Origin: Candidatus Levyibacteriota bacterium
GTDB lineage: Bacteria; Patescibacteriota; Microgenomatia; Levybacterales; GWA1-39-11
NCBI GenBank assembly: GCA_036788695.1
Contig: DAIQMY010000001.1
Span: 236,134 to 300,133, forward strand
Length of the DNA stretch: 64,000 nt
Reading direction: 5' to 3'
The translations under genes and the position numbers were made by a program. Below the pieces are notes generated by a model. It was not told where the DNA came from, searched no databases, and saw only the letters and a list, made by a program, of their open reading frames with translations. Shown here in pieces: positions 55,109-64,000 of the stretch (position 1 is its first letter; every line of letters starts with the position of its first letter).

Positions 55109-56965
55109 TTGAGCACAGTGCAAGCACATCAAATTGTCGAAAGATATATTACGTTTTTTGAAAAAAAAGGACACAGACGAATAGAAAATTCTTCTCTTGT
55201 TCCCCTTAACGACCCCACTACTCTGTTTACATCTTCGGGCATGCAACCTCTTGTGCCCTATTTGCTCGGAGAGATACACCCAGCAGGGAAAAGATTAGTA
55301 AATGTTCAAAATTCCTTTAGGGCGCAAGATATTGATGAAATTGGTGATAACAGACACACGACATTTTTTAGAATGCTTGGAAACTGGTCATTAGGAGATT
55401 ACTTTAAAGAGGATCAAATCCCATGGTTTTTTGAGTTTTTGATAAGAGATTTACGGCTTGATCCAAAGAGATTATATGTAACAGTTTTTGAGGGTTCTGA
55501 GGCTATTCCTGAAGATAAGGATGCAATACGCATTTGGAAAGAGGAATTTAAAAAAGTAGGAATTGACGCTGAAGTTGGAAGTCGAATATTTACATATGGA
55601 GTTTTGAAGAATTGGTGGAGCAGATCAGGCTCGCCAGATAAGATGCCGGTAGGAGAACCGGGAGGACCGGATACAGAAGTATTTTATGATTTTGGAACTG
55701 AACATGACACGAGTTTTGGCGAGAAATGTCATGTGAATTGTGATTGCGGACGGTATTTGGAGATAGGAAATTCTGTTTTTATGCAATACATAAAGGTTAT
55801 TGATGGATTTCAGGAGTTGCCTCAAAAAAACGTAGATTTTGGTGGAGGTTTGGAGAGGCTAGTTGCGGTAACGGAAGGAAAAACTGATATATTTGAAACT
55901 TCTCTTTTTACTCCAATAATAGGCGCAATAGAAAAAGTATCTGGTAAAAATTATGAAACAAACAAGCGCGAGATGAGGATAGTTGCTGATCATATAACTG
56001 CTGCAATTTTTATCTCCTCAAATAACGTAACTCCGTCTAATAAGGAACAGGGTTATGTGCTGCGTCGGTTGATTAGACGTGCTGTTGATAGTTTGCATCT
56101 TTTAGGAACTCAAGATGTTGAGCCAATTATTCATGCAATTGTTGCTTCTTATAAAGATACAGACCCGCAATTAGTAGAAAAATATGAGCTTGTTAAAAAC
56201 TCAATACTTCAGGAAATAGGGTCCTACAAAAAGGCGCTAGATGGCGGAAAGAGGATGATAGAAAAAGAGCTATCAAGTGGGGAAAAGGTAGGGGATGAGT
56301 TATTTGGAGAAATTGAGATTTCAGCGGAGGTGGCATTTAAGGCAATTACTTCTTTTGGTTTGGGGCCTACACAGTTAAGAGGTTTAGGGTATACATTTGA
56401 TGCTCAGAAGCTAGCAGATCAAATAAAGGCACACCAGAACCTTTCGCGTAAGGGTTCTTCTCAAAAATTTTCGGGAGGACTGGCTGATAATTCGGAAAAG
56501 ACAATTATGGGGCACACTGCAACTCACCTAATGCATCAAGCTTTGAGAGATATGTTTGGTATGGAGCTTCACCAAACTGGGAGTAACATAACAAGCGAAA
56601 GGGTAAGATTTGATTTTAATTTTGACCGCAAGTTAACAGTAGATGAGATAAAAAGTCTTGAAGACACGGTTAATCAAAAGATAGAAGAGAACTTGCCAGT
56701 TCACTTTGAATTAATGCCGGTATCCTACGCGAAAGCATTAGGTGCAATAGGATTATTTGATGAAAAATATGCAAGCAATGTAAAAGTATATTTTATCGGA
56801 GGAGAAGAGAAAAATCTTGAGAGTCAACGTTTAAAGGATTGGTATTCGGCAGAGTTCTGCGGTGGTCCTCATGTAAATTTTACAGGAGAGGTGAAAAGGT
56901 TTAGAATAATAAAGCAAGAATCTTTAGGACGTGATCAGCAAAGATTATACTCTGTTGTTGGATAA
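55109..56965 (+). CDS. alaS: Alanine--tRNA ligase, truncated form (catalytic + editing domains, no C-Ala domain)
   Basis: The N-terminus (FFEKKGHRRIENSSLVPLNDPTTLFTSSGMQ) and FRMLGNWSLGDYFK match AlaRS. The editing motifs HTATHLMHQAL and CGGPHV are present. It is 618 aa against a typical ~870. Confidence 0.9.
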   Translation: MSTVQAHQIVERYITFFEKKGHRRIENSSLVPLNDPTTLFTSSGMQPLVPYLLGEIHPAGKRLVNVQNSFRAQDIDEIGDNRHTTFFRMLGNWSLGDYFKEDQIPWFFEFLIRDLRLDPKRLYVTVFEGSEAIPEDKDAIRIWKEEFKKVGIDAEVGSRIFTYGVLKNWWSRSGSPDKMPVGEPGGPDTEVFYDFGTEHDTSFGEKCHVNCDCGRYLEIGNSVFMQYIKVIDGFQELPQKNVDFGGGLERLVAVTEGKTDIFETSLFTPIIGAIEKVSGKNYETNKREMRIVADHITAAIFISSNNVTPSNKEQGYVLRRLIRRAVDSLHLLGTQDVEPIIHAIVASYKDTDPQLVEKYELVKNSILQEIGSYKKALDGGKRMIEKELSSGEKVGDELFGEIEISAEVAFKAITSFGLGPTQLRGLGYTFDAQKLADQIKAHQNLSRKGSSQKFSGGLADNSEKTIMGHTATHLMHQALRDMFGMELHQTGSNITSERVRFDFNFDRKLTVDEIKSLEDTVNQKIEENLPVHFELMPVSYAKALGAIGLFDEKYASNVKVYFIGGEEKNLESQRLKDWYSAEFCGGPHVNFTGEVKRFRIIKQESLGRDQQRLYSVVG

Positions 56966-59243
56966 ATTTATGAAGCTGCCCTTCTTAAGTAAAAAAAAAG
57001 AAGATAAAGAATACTTTTTAGCCTTACTGCTTTCCTCAAATGAAGTAAGAAGTATTCTATTTGAGAAAACAGGTGAGAATCTTTCTGTTTTAGGATCTCA
57101 CAGTGAAGATTTTGCTGAACAGCTAGACACTCTTTCAAAGGATCGTTTAATAGAGCTTTCAGACATGGTGATTTCCGAGGCAGAACGTAAATTACCTGAG
57201 GGATCAAGTCTTCAAAAAACAATCTTTGCGGTTCCAGATAGATGGGTTGTAAACGGAAAGATTATTCAGGAACATCTCCCAAAGTTAAAAGAACTATGCG
57301 ATGCCTTGCAGCTTAAGGCTGTTGGGTTTATTGTTTCTATGGAAGCAATAATTGCCTATCTTCATAAAAAAGAAGGAGTTGCTGTCACCGCGATTTTTAT
57401 AGAAGTAGGTAAAAAACATGTGACCTTGAGTCTTGTAAAAAACGGGAACATATTAAGCGTATCGGAGGAGGAGATAGAAAATGATACAACTGTTCCTGTT
57501 GAAAGAATATTGTCTACACAGGAAGAGCTTGAAGTATTACCTGCAAAAATAATAATACTTCCCTTTGAGCATGCTAAAAAGATCCAACAGGAATTTCTTT
57601 CTCATTCATGGAGTAAGGGTATTCAATTTTTACATATTCCACAAGTTGAAGTCCTTCCATCAGAGGCAGAGGCGCAGGCAGTTATTTCAGGAGTTGCAGC
57701 ACAGATGGGTTTCAGCACGCTTCCCCAAGTTAGTCTCCAAAAGCTTGAAAAATCACCTGAAGAGGTAGTAGTTGCTGTCCATGAGCAGGAAGAAAAAAAA
57801 ACGATTGAAAAAAAAGAAATAGAAGACGGACAGAGTGAATCGGATAAAGAATCTATGGCGGAAGAAAAGGGGAGCACGGTAGATGCTGAATCTGTTGGAT
57901 TTTTTAAAGATGTAGATGTAGCAAAAAAACAGAATGAGCAACATGAGGTGGAAAATATTCAACCTGTTTCAGCAACTGACGAAAAAAATACAAAAATGGA
58001 AGATTCTAGTAGTGTGAATCATCCGACCCATGCATTAGCTATTGATAATTTACCATCATTACCTCACGTTTCATTCCCAGGTGTAAAATTTAAAATTCCA
58101 AGCTTTTCCTTGCGGGGAAAGTCGTTGGTTTGGTACCCTGTTCTGGGAGTATTTTTATTTATTCTTTTTATAATTTCCTACTATTTTTTCTTTGAAAAAG
58201 CACAAGTTATTTTGGTTCTCAGTAAGAAAGATATAAGTAAGAATGTATCAGTGACCTTCTCGCAGGAAAAACAAACATCTGCGCAGGATTCGGTGGTGCA
58301 TATAGAAGAGCTTGCGGTGCAAGTAGATGGAAAAGAAGAGCAAAGTGCTACCGGTAAAAAAGAAACTGGAGATAAAGCCAAGGGAGAGGTAACGCTTTAC
58401 AATAAGACTGAAGGATCAAAGACATTTGAGAAGGGAGTAGTTGTTATAGGATCAAACAATCTGGAATTTAGTTTATTGGAAGATGTTAAAATTGCATCAA
58501 CCAGTTCTTTCTCGACTACTTTCAGCAATGCCAAAGGAAAGGTTGAGGCAGTAAAGTTTGGTAAAGAATATAACCTTCCCTCAGGAACAAATTTTCAAAT
58601 AAAAGGACAATCGACATCTGATTTTTTTGGCAAAAATGATTCTGCCTTTTCTGGGGGAACAAAGAAAGAAATTACTGTTGTATCAGAGGATGATATTTCC
58701 TCGCTTCAATCAAAAATTGTATCAACTCTTGCAAAAAAGGCACAGAATGATATATCTTCAAAAATAGGATCAGATTCGCAAATCCTGGCAACACCGCTTG
58801 ATTTCTCATTTGATGAGAAATCATTTTCAAAAAAAGCAGGCGATGCCGCAGAAGCGGTAAGTATTACAGCAACTATAACCTACAAGATAGGATCTTATAA
58901 AAAATCCGATCTTGTTACACTTGCAAAAGATATCACAGGGAAGGATGCTCCTGCAAGCTATATATATTCAGGAAAGGACTCCGAAATTAAGGTAGAGGAT
59001 ATTGTGAATGATGAATCTGAGTTTACTGGAAAAATTGTTTTTTCATCTGTTTTTTTGCCGCAAGTAAATGAGGATGGAATTGGGAAGAAAGTATCCGGGA
59101 AAAGTGAGCAGAAGGCACAGGAATTAATTGAATCTGATGGAGTTTCAGATAGTACGATTGTTTTTACAAGAAGTCTTCCGTTTTTCCCCCATATTCTTCC
59201 ATTTAATAAAAAAAATATAGAGGTAATCACTCAAACACAATGA
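56931..59243 (+). CDS. Bitopic protein: N-terminal degenerate PilM/FtsA-like actin-fold domain, one TM, ~380-aa S/T/K-rich extracytoplasmic domain
   Basis: KTIFAVPDRWV, LQLKAVGFIVSMEAIIAYL and VTAIFIEVGKKHVTLSLVKNGNILSV align with PilM blocks (VVLALPG / LEPVAVDVEAFALYRAL / VAVVDIGAETTELVLL), but the phosphate-binding DxG and DIGxxTT residues are replaced. A TM follows at VWYPVLGVFLFILFIISYYFFF. Confidence 0.4.
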   Translation: MISKDYTLLLDKFMKLPFLSKKKEDKEYFLALLLSSNEVRSILFEKTGENLSVLGSHSEDFAEQLDTLSKDRLIELSDMVISEAERKLPEGSSLQKTIFAVPDRWVVNGKIIQEHLPKLKELCDALQLKAVGFIVSMEAIIAYLHKKEGVAVTAIFIEVGKKHVTLSLVKNGNILSVSEEEIENDTTVPVERILSTQEELEVLPAKIIILPFEHAKKIQQEFLSHSWSKGIQFLHIPQVEVLPSEAEAQAVISGVAAQMGFSTLPQVSLQKLEKSPEEVVVAVHEQEEKKTIEKKEIEDGQSESDKESMAEEKGSTVDAESVGFFKDVDVAKKQNEQHEVENIQPVSATDEKNTKMEDSSSVNHPTHALAIDNLPSLPHVSFPGVKFKIPSFSLRGKSLVWYPVLGVFLFILFIISYYFFFEKAQVILVLSKKDISKNVSVTFSQEKQTSAQDSVVHIEELAVQVDGKEEQSATGKKETGDKAKGEVTLYNKTEGSKTFEKGVVVIGSNNLEFSLLEDVKIASTSSFSTTFSNAKGKVEAVKFGKEYNLPSGTNFQIKGQSTSDFFGKNDSAFSGGTKKEITVVSEDDISSLQSKIVSTLAKKAQNDISSKIGSDSQILATPLDFSFDEKSFSKKAGDAAEAVSITATITYKIGSYKKSDLVTLAKDITGKDAPASYIYSGKDSEIKVEDIVNDESEFTGKIVFSSVFLPQVNEDGIGKKVSGKSEQKAQELIESDGVSDSTIVFTRSLPFFPHILPFNKKNIEVITQTQ

Positions 59244-60013
59244 GGTCATATAGATTTATAAAACAAGAACCGAGATCAGGAATAAAAAAAAGAAAGATAT
59301 TAGGTGTGGGAATTATTTTATGTGGTATTTTCCTGCTTTTATACTTTTTCTTTCCTGTTTTTTCAATTAAATCTTTTTATTCTTCATCCGATGCTATTAT
59401 TGTGCCAGTTCCTAAATATGCTATGGTAAGAGGTGGAATAGGAGATGTAATAAAGCAGGGAATTGATAGTTTAACGCATGACTACAATGATGCAAGGAAT
59501 TGGTATCCACAGATAAGTGCAGGGAAAAAAAATTCTATACCTACCTACTCTCTTTCCATACCAAAATTAAAAATTATTGATGCAAAAGTATCAACCGTTG
59601 ACTATGATTTGACAAATCATTTGGTTCAGTACATAGGAACTGCAATACCGGGCGAAAATGGAACAGCAGTCATATTTGGTCACTCAACACTTCCACACCT
59701 TTTCAATCCAAAAAATTACAAATCTATCTTTGCAACCTTACACACAATAAAAGTTGGAGATGAGATTATTACAAATGTAAAAAACGTGACATACACCTAT
59801 AAAATTTTCTCAGTTACGGTGACAACTCCAGAAGATACTGATATATTTTCTCAATCTTTTGATCATTCATATTTAACAATTGTAACGTGTACCCCACCCG
59901 GAACAGTTTGGAAGAGATTAATAGTGAGAGCTCTTTTGGAGGATGTAGATAAAAATGCGAAAGGAAGAACGGTGAAGGGGGAAGTTTTGGCAGGAGGATT
60001 TATTCAGAAATAG
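59240..60013 (+). CDS. Sortase-family transpeptidase
   Basis: Has an N-terminal TM, a catalytic His context (AVIFGHSTLP) and TLxTC-like LTIVTCTPPGTVWKRLIVRA (Cys + Arg). Confidence 0.75.
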   Translation: MRSYRFIKQEPRSGIKKRKILGVGIILCGIFLLLYFFFPVFSIKSFYSSSDAIIVPVPKYAMVRGGIGDVIKQGIDSLTHDYNDARNWYPQISAGKKNSIPTYSLSIPKLKIIDAKVSTVDYDLTNHLVQYIGTAIPGENGTAVIFGHSTLPHLFNPKNYKSIFATLHTIKVGDEIITNVKNVTYTYKIFSVTVTTPEDTDIFSQSFDHSYLTIVTCTPPGTVWKRLIVRALLEDVDKNAKGRTVKGEVLAGGFIQK

Positions 60014-60014
60014 T

Positions 60015-60254
60015 ATGGAAGACACAAATCCAAATTTAAATCCTTCACCTCTTTTTCAGGATAAGAAAGAACAGGTTGTTCGACCTGAAGGAACAGCATC
60101 AGTATTTTCTAATCTCTTCCACTCTTTTGGTTATTATCTAAGACAAATTTGGCCATATATCTATCGTTTGATTAACTTTCTTGTCTATGAAACAATTAAG
60201 GTTATAAAGGGTACAGTAAAGCTTGCGATAGAACAGGTGGGAATGTTTAAGTAA
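60015..60254 (+). CDS. Small hypothetical protein (79 aa)
   Basis: An ORF tightly packed after the sortase. No domain is recognised. Confidence 0.25.
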   Translation: MEDTNPNLNPSPLFQDKKEQVVRPEGTASVFSNLFHSFGYYLRQIWPYIYRLINFLVYETIKVIKGTVKLAIEQVGMFK

Positions 60255-60326
60255 GTCCTTATGCACAAAAAGGCAAAAAGATTTTTGCAATCTTAAGCAG
60301 CAAACTGTCAGAGTTTAATTTACCAC

Positions 60327-61583
60327 ATGGATGAAAAAAATCTAGCACTCACTGCGATACAAAAAAAATTGCTCGGGAAAAAACTTTCCTATAGGGAGAT
60401 CTATGCGATTATGGATCAAATTGCGCATGATAAGTTGGGGGATATTTTAACGACTTATTTTGCAGCATCGGGTTATTCAAAGGGTTTTTCAAATGAAGAA
60501 ATTTACTTTTTAACTCGTGCCATGGTTGAAACTGGTGAGACCTTGGAGTTTAAAGGAATAACCGCGGACAAACATTCTATTGGCGGTACGCCAGGAACAA
60601 GGGCGACCATGATTATAGTGCCTATTATAGCTGCAGCAGGATATACCATCCCAAAGAGCTCATCCAGGGCGATAACTACTCCTGCAGGGACAGCAGATTG
60701 TATGGAAGTGTTGTGCAAAGTATCATTTACAAAAAAACAAATATATAAAATTGTTGAGAAGACAAATGGGTGCATAGTATGGGGTGGTAGTTTTAATATT
60801 GCGCCCGCAGATGACGTATTAATTGATGTTGAAGAGCCATTGGCTTTTGAGAGTTTTGACAAGGTTTTAGTATCAGTGATGGCCAAAAAAATAGCGTTCG
60901 GTTCAAAAAATGTAATAATAGATATTCCTTATGGCAGGACTGTAAAGGTGCATAGGGATGAGGATGCTATTGTATTAAGCCGTAAGTTTGAATTTTTAGC
61001 AAAAAAATTTGATATAAAACTTGACGTATTTATTCACAAATCAGATGAACCAGCAGGATACGGAATAGGTCCAGTGCTTGAAGCTCGTGATGCGTTAAAA
61101 GTACTAGAGCAAACTCGCGATAGACCAATTGCTTTGGAGATTCGCGCTTTGGATCTTTCTGAGCGTTTATTGCGTTTATGTCTTGATAAAAAAGCTCCTC
61201 CTGCTCCCTTTAAAAACACAAGAGATTGGGCAGAGCATATTCTTTTTTCAGGTATAGCACATGAGAAAATGATGGAAATAATTCAGGCACAGGGAGGGGA
61301 TCCTTTTGTATCTTCGGAAGACCTACATCCAGCAAAAAAGTATGGTTTCGTTCGAGCTGAGAAAAAAGGAAAGATCACTTTAGTAGATAATAAAAATATC
61401 TCAACTGTCGCAAAAATATTAGGTGCACCTCAAGATAAAGATTCAGGAATATTGCTAAAAAAACGTCTAGGTGAGTCTGTTGAGAAAGGTGATGAATTAG
61501 CAGTTTTATATGCTGACACTGATTATCGAGTTTCTGAGGCAAAAGATTCACTTTCGCTATTTCCTCTTTACGATATTGCCTAA
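60327..61583 (+). CDS. Thymidine/AMP phosphorylase family (glycosyltransferase family 3)
   Basis: ADKHSIGGTPGTRATMIIVPIIAAAG (compare DKHSTGGVGD) and SSRAITTPAGTADCMEVL (compare SGRGLGHTGGTLDKLE), at 418 aa. Confidence 0.65.
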   Translation: MDEKNLALTAIQKKLLGKKLSYREIYAIMDQIAHDKLGDILTTYFAASGYSKGFSNEEIYFLTRAMVETGETLEFKGITADKHSIGGTPGTRATMIIVPIIAAAGYTIPKSSSRAITTPAGTADCMEVLCKVSFTKKQIYKIVEKTNGCIVWGGSFNIAPADDVLIDVEEPLAFESFDKVLVSVMAKKIAFGSKNVIIDIPYGRTVKVHRDEDAIVLSRKFEFLAKKFDIKLDVFIHKSDEPAGYGIGPVLEARDALKVLEQTRDRPIALEIRALDLSERLLRLCLDKKAPPAPFKNTRDWAEHILFSGIAHEKMMEIIQAQGGDPFVSSEDLHPAKKYGFVRAEKKGKITLVDNKNISTVAKILGAPQDKDSGILLKKRLGESVEKGDELAVLYADTDYRVSEAKDSLSLFPLYDIA

Positions 61584-61607
61584 GAATAAATGTGAGAGAG
61601 GAATTCC

Positions 61608-63101
61608 ATGAAATATAAATTACTCTTGCTTTTCCCACTTTTCTATTTTCTTATATTATTGCTGCAGCCCACAATAGAAATGGCTGAAGATTTAGGGCGT
61701 CAGATTAAGATGGGCGAAGTTATATTAAAGTGTCAGTGCATCCCACAGGAAAATCATTTTTCATACACAAATACACACTTCCCCGCTGTTAACTACTATT
61801 GGTTATCTTCAGTTATTTTTTATGCTTTCTCAAGCATTTTTGGAATTAAGAGCTTATTCTTTTTGAAAATAGTAATTTATCAGGCAATATTTATTGTTTT
61901 GTTTTTGTCTCTCAGTAAAAAAATCAGCGTGTTTTGGTTTGCCGTTTTTATGATTGTTGTAGTAAATATATTTTCAAATCGCCTGGTACTGCGTCCTGAG
62001 ATTTTCAGCTTCTTATTTCTTAGTTTATTCATTTTAATAATCGAAAAATTTAAACAAAATAGAAATTATAAGCTTATATATTTTCTTCCACTCATACAAT
62101 TGCTATGGGTGAATACTCATGTATTCTTCTTTATTGGACCCCTGGTATATCTCTTTTTCTTAATAGAACAATTTATAATAAGTCGTGCGCTTATAAATGT
62201 TAAGGTGATAAGTGTCTTTTTCTTTATCATTTTAGCGTGTGTACTAAATCCACAATTTTTAATAGGTGCCGTCTATCCATTTCTTGTTTTTAACAGTTAC
62301 GGACCGCAGATAAATGAAAACTTCAGTCCATTTTCAAGCAATTCTTTATTTCTTGCTGACTATTCATATTATATTTGGTTTTTTGAATTGACAATTGCAC
62401 TATTTATTGTAGGAATTTTATCAAATATTAAAAAAATTCCAATATTTTTGTGTCTTAACACACTATTTTTTATGTTTTTATCTTTTGTAATGGTTAGAGC
62501 ATTTCCCCTATTTGCTTTTGCGTCAATAGTACCGTTATCTATTATGTTCAGCTATATTGAACTCAAAATAATATCAAAAGATAGACAAACTGCTTTTCTG
62601 ATAAAGACGCTAATAATAATAGGACTTTCCATAATAGTCACATATAACTTAAGTGCTTTTTTTATGCAAAAAAAGATATCCCCACACTTCATAGTAGATA
62701 AATTAAATGGAATAGATTTTGTAGAGAAAAATGGAATAAAAGGTCCACTCTTTAATAGCCTAGGAATAGGAGGATATGTTATATATAAATTATATCCTGC
62801 AGAAAAAGTTTATATAGATGCGCGACCGGACGCATATCCACTAAATTTTATGAGCAGTTATCAGGAGCATTTTACAAATCCAATGTTTTTTCAGCAACAG
62901 TTAGTTAAGCATAAATTTAACACCTTGATAATAGCAAAAGATGAAAATTATTACTGGACACATAATCTTATTGCGTACCTAATAAAGAGAAGGGAGTGGG
63001 TGGTCGTGTACGAGGATAACTTTACTTCGGTATTAGTGAAGGATAATAGTGTAAATAAGCATATTATTGAAAGATTCAGGAAGACAAAGAAGAATGAATA
63101 A
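61608..63101 (+). CDS. Polytopic membrane protein (>=10 TM), possibly GT-C-type glycosyltransferase; hypothetical
   Basis: 497 aa and dominated by hydrophobic helices. No soluble catalytic motif is recognised. Confidence 0.35.
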   Translation: MKYKLLLLFPLFYFLILLLQPTIEMAEDLGRQIKMGEVILKCQCIPQENHFSYTNTHFPAVNYYWLSSVIFYAFSSIFGIKSLFFLKIVIYQAIFIVLFLSLSKKISVFWFAVFMIVVVNIFSNRLVLRPEIFSFLFLSLFILIIEKFKQNRNYKLIYFLPLIQLLWVNTHVFFFIGPLVYLFFLIEQFIISRALINVKVISVFFFIILACVLNPQFLIGAVYPFLVFNSYGPQINENFSPFSSNSLFLADYSYYIWFFELTIALFIVGILSNIKKIPIFLCLNTLFFMFLSFVMVRAFPLFAFASIVPLSIMFSYIELKIISKDRQTAFLIKTLIIIGLSIIVTYNLSAFFMQKKISPHFIVDKLNGIDFVEKNGIKGPLFNSLGIGGYVIYKLYPAEKVYIDARPDAYPLNFMSSYQEHFTNPMFFQQQLVKHKFNTLIIAKDENYYWTHNLIAYLIKRREWVVVYEDNFTSVLVKDNSVNKHIIERFRKTKKNE

Positions 63102-63639
63102 AAAACGACTAATAATATTTTCCTTGTTTCAGCTCATTACTTTTGTTTTAGGAACACTTGTATTTATAATTTTGTTCAGACTCAATTTATTATTTCCTAT
63201 TGATACAATTTTTTACAGAGGAATAGTGCTCCTTATATGTACCTGTTTTTTGTTATCGTTCATGCTTCTTTTATTTAAGAAAAGTAGATATGGAGGAATT
63301 ATTGATTACAAGGACATATTGATTAGTATTGTAATAGTTTTTTCATTTAATCTTGTTATTTTTACACTTTTGCCAGTGACTACAGACAGGTCGATTTCAG
63401 TGATGATATTAAAGCATATGGATACTCACAAAAATCTAAGCAACACTTCTTATCAGGTAGAGAACGCATTGGATGTTACCCTTAAAAAGGAGCATGCATT
63501 AGAAAAACGTTTGCACGAGCAGGTTATTTCCGGGAATATAAAAAAAACACGTGAGGGATATAGAATAACTACTCAGGGAAGTCATCTTGTAAACCTTTTT
63601 TTTGTAGTAGACATGATATTTGGTACTAAGAAGGAGTAG
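63067..63639 (+). CDS. Membrane protein (4 TM + C-terminal soluble region), hypothetical
   Basis: The likely start is MNKKRL (~63094). There are four hydrophobic helices, then a polar ~70-aa tail. Confidence 0.3.
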   Translation: MKDSGRQRRMNKKRLIIFSLFQLITFVLGTLVFIILFRLNLLFPIDTIFYRGIVLLICTCFLLSFMLLLFKKSRYGGIIDYKDILISIVIVFSFNLVIFTLLPVTTDRSISVMILKHMDTHKNLSNTSYQVENALDVTLKKEHALEKRLHEQVISGNIKKTREGYRITTQGSHLVNLFFVVDMIFGTKKE

Positions 63640-63737
63640 TTCCAAACGTTTCAAATAGAAAAAGAGAGTGATATGTTTGCAAAGTCTTAAATTCCTTTTG
63701 CAAGAATTTTAAATATTTTTCTGCTACAATAGTGAGC

Positions 63738-64000
63738 ATGCGGAAACTGATCGTTTTAGCTACGCTTCTTGCAATTTTCACAGTTGGGTTTTTTATTTGG
63801 TGGAAGAATGGAACTTCCGCGGTGAATATAAAGGATAAGTCTGAAAAGGTTTTTGTTGTGCAAAGAGGTGCAGGAATTCGCGCAATAGGAAATAACTTGA
63901 AGAAAGAAGGTCTCATAAAAGATCCAATTGTATTTTTCCTCTTTCTTAAGAAAAATGCCAGAGATACCGCAATACAGGCAGGAGATTATAAGCTTTCACC
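63738..64000 (+). CDS. mltG: Endolytic murein transglycosylase MltG (YceG-like), N-terminal 87 aa; runs off window end
   Basis: My own translation gives MRKLIVLATLLAIFTVGFFIWWKNGTSAVNIKDKSEKVFVVQRGAGIRAIGNNLKKEGLIKDPIVFFLFLKKNARDTAIQAGDYKLS. This shows an N-terminal TM plus the YceG pattern (v.IpeGas...ia..L...gvI.....F). Confidence 0.55.
   Translation, partial: MRKLIVLATLLAIFTVGFFIWWKNGTSAVNIKDKSEKVFVVQRGAGIRAIGNNLKKEGLIKDPIVFFLFLKKNARDTAIQAGDYKLS

Noticed and set aside
1-64000. Prophage, transposon or integron content, and rRNA/tRNA genes
   Set aside because: No integrase, transposase or recombinase-like ORF was found, nor terminal inverted repeats, nor tRNA-like cloverleaf-compatible segments (GTTCGA / TTCGAATC-type T-arms) in any intergenic gap I read.

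Overview
The window is a low-GC (~35-38%), gene-dense bacterial chromosome segment with no rRNA, tRNA, CRISPR array or obvious mobile element. The gene content suggests a Patescibacteria/CPR-like organism, but this is inference only. Supporting it are a sortase, no LPS genes, a 500-aa IF-2, a 618-aa AlaRS, a 239-aa HrcA, an AMP/thymidine-phosphorylase-family gene, and many small membrane or secreted proteins with no recognisable domain.

Recognisable housekeeping content:
- carA'-pyrB, followed by a divergent hrcA-grpE-dnaK with a CIRCE-like operator.
- A ClpA/ClpC-like Hsp100, an S8 subtilisin, a DnaJ without a zinc finger, and a second membrane-anchored Hsp100 paralog whose D1 ATPase motifs are destroyed.
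- A D-2-hydroxyacid dehydrogenase, then tgt-queA.
- A Cas4-like PD-(D/E)XK nuclease, an AlkA-like glycosylase, a DUF2130 protein, a wHTH regulator with a degenerate P-loop, an ArsR regulator, and a MutY-like glycosylase with no Fe-S cysteines.
- A large minus-strand efflux cluster: an RND pump with its adaptor, plus a MacAB-like ABC pair with a second adaptor.
- nusA-infB-(degenerate NrnA-like DHH protein), rpsO-pnp, a Lon-like AAA+ module with no protease domain, RNase J, FtsK, a RodZ-like protein, a YtxG/YtxH-like pair, a YvcK-family protein and Nth.
- A lysine-rich 527-aa hypothetical protein, alaS, a degenerate PilM/FtsA-like actin-fold protein fused to a TM and ectodomain, a sortase, a deoA-like phosphorylase, polytopic membrane proteins, and the 5' end of mltG.

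Most notable for a second look:
- (i) The split dnaK...dnaJ locus carries a VirB2/VirB6-like membrane pair and two Hsp100s, one of them a membrane-anchored pseudo-D1 paralog.
- (ii) Two adjacent secreted or anchored proteins built from the same C-x-C + N/T/V-rich repeat module, arranged like a major-subunit / hairpin / minor-subunit operon.
- (iii) A perfect 34-bp x3 tandem repeat that, on the tgt strand, reads as three tandem promoters ending in a leaderless start.
- (iv) The Lon AAA+ module without a peptidase.
- (v) The pseudo-ATPase PilM-like protein next to a sortase with no LPXTG substrate in the window.

All calls rest on motif reading of the supplied translations plus my own translations. 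No database search was possible, and hand-counted coordinates may be off by 1-2 nt.
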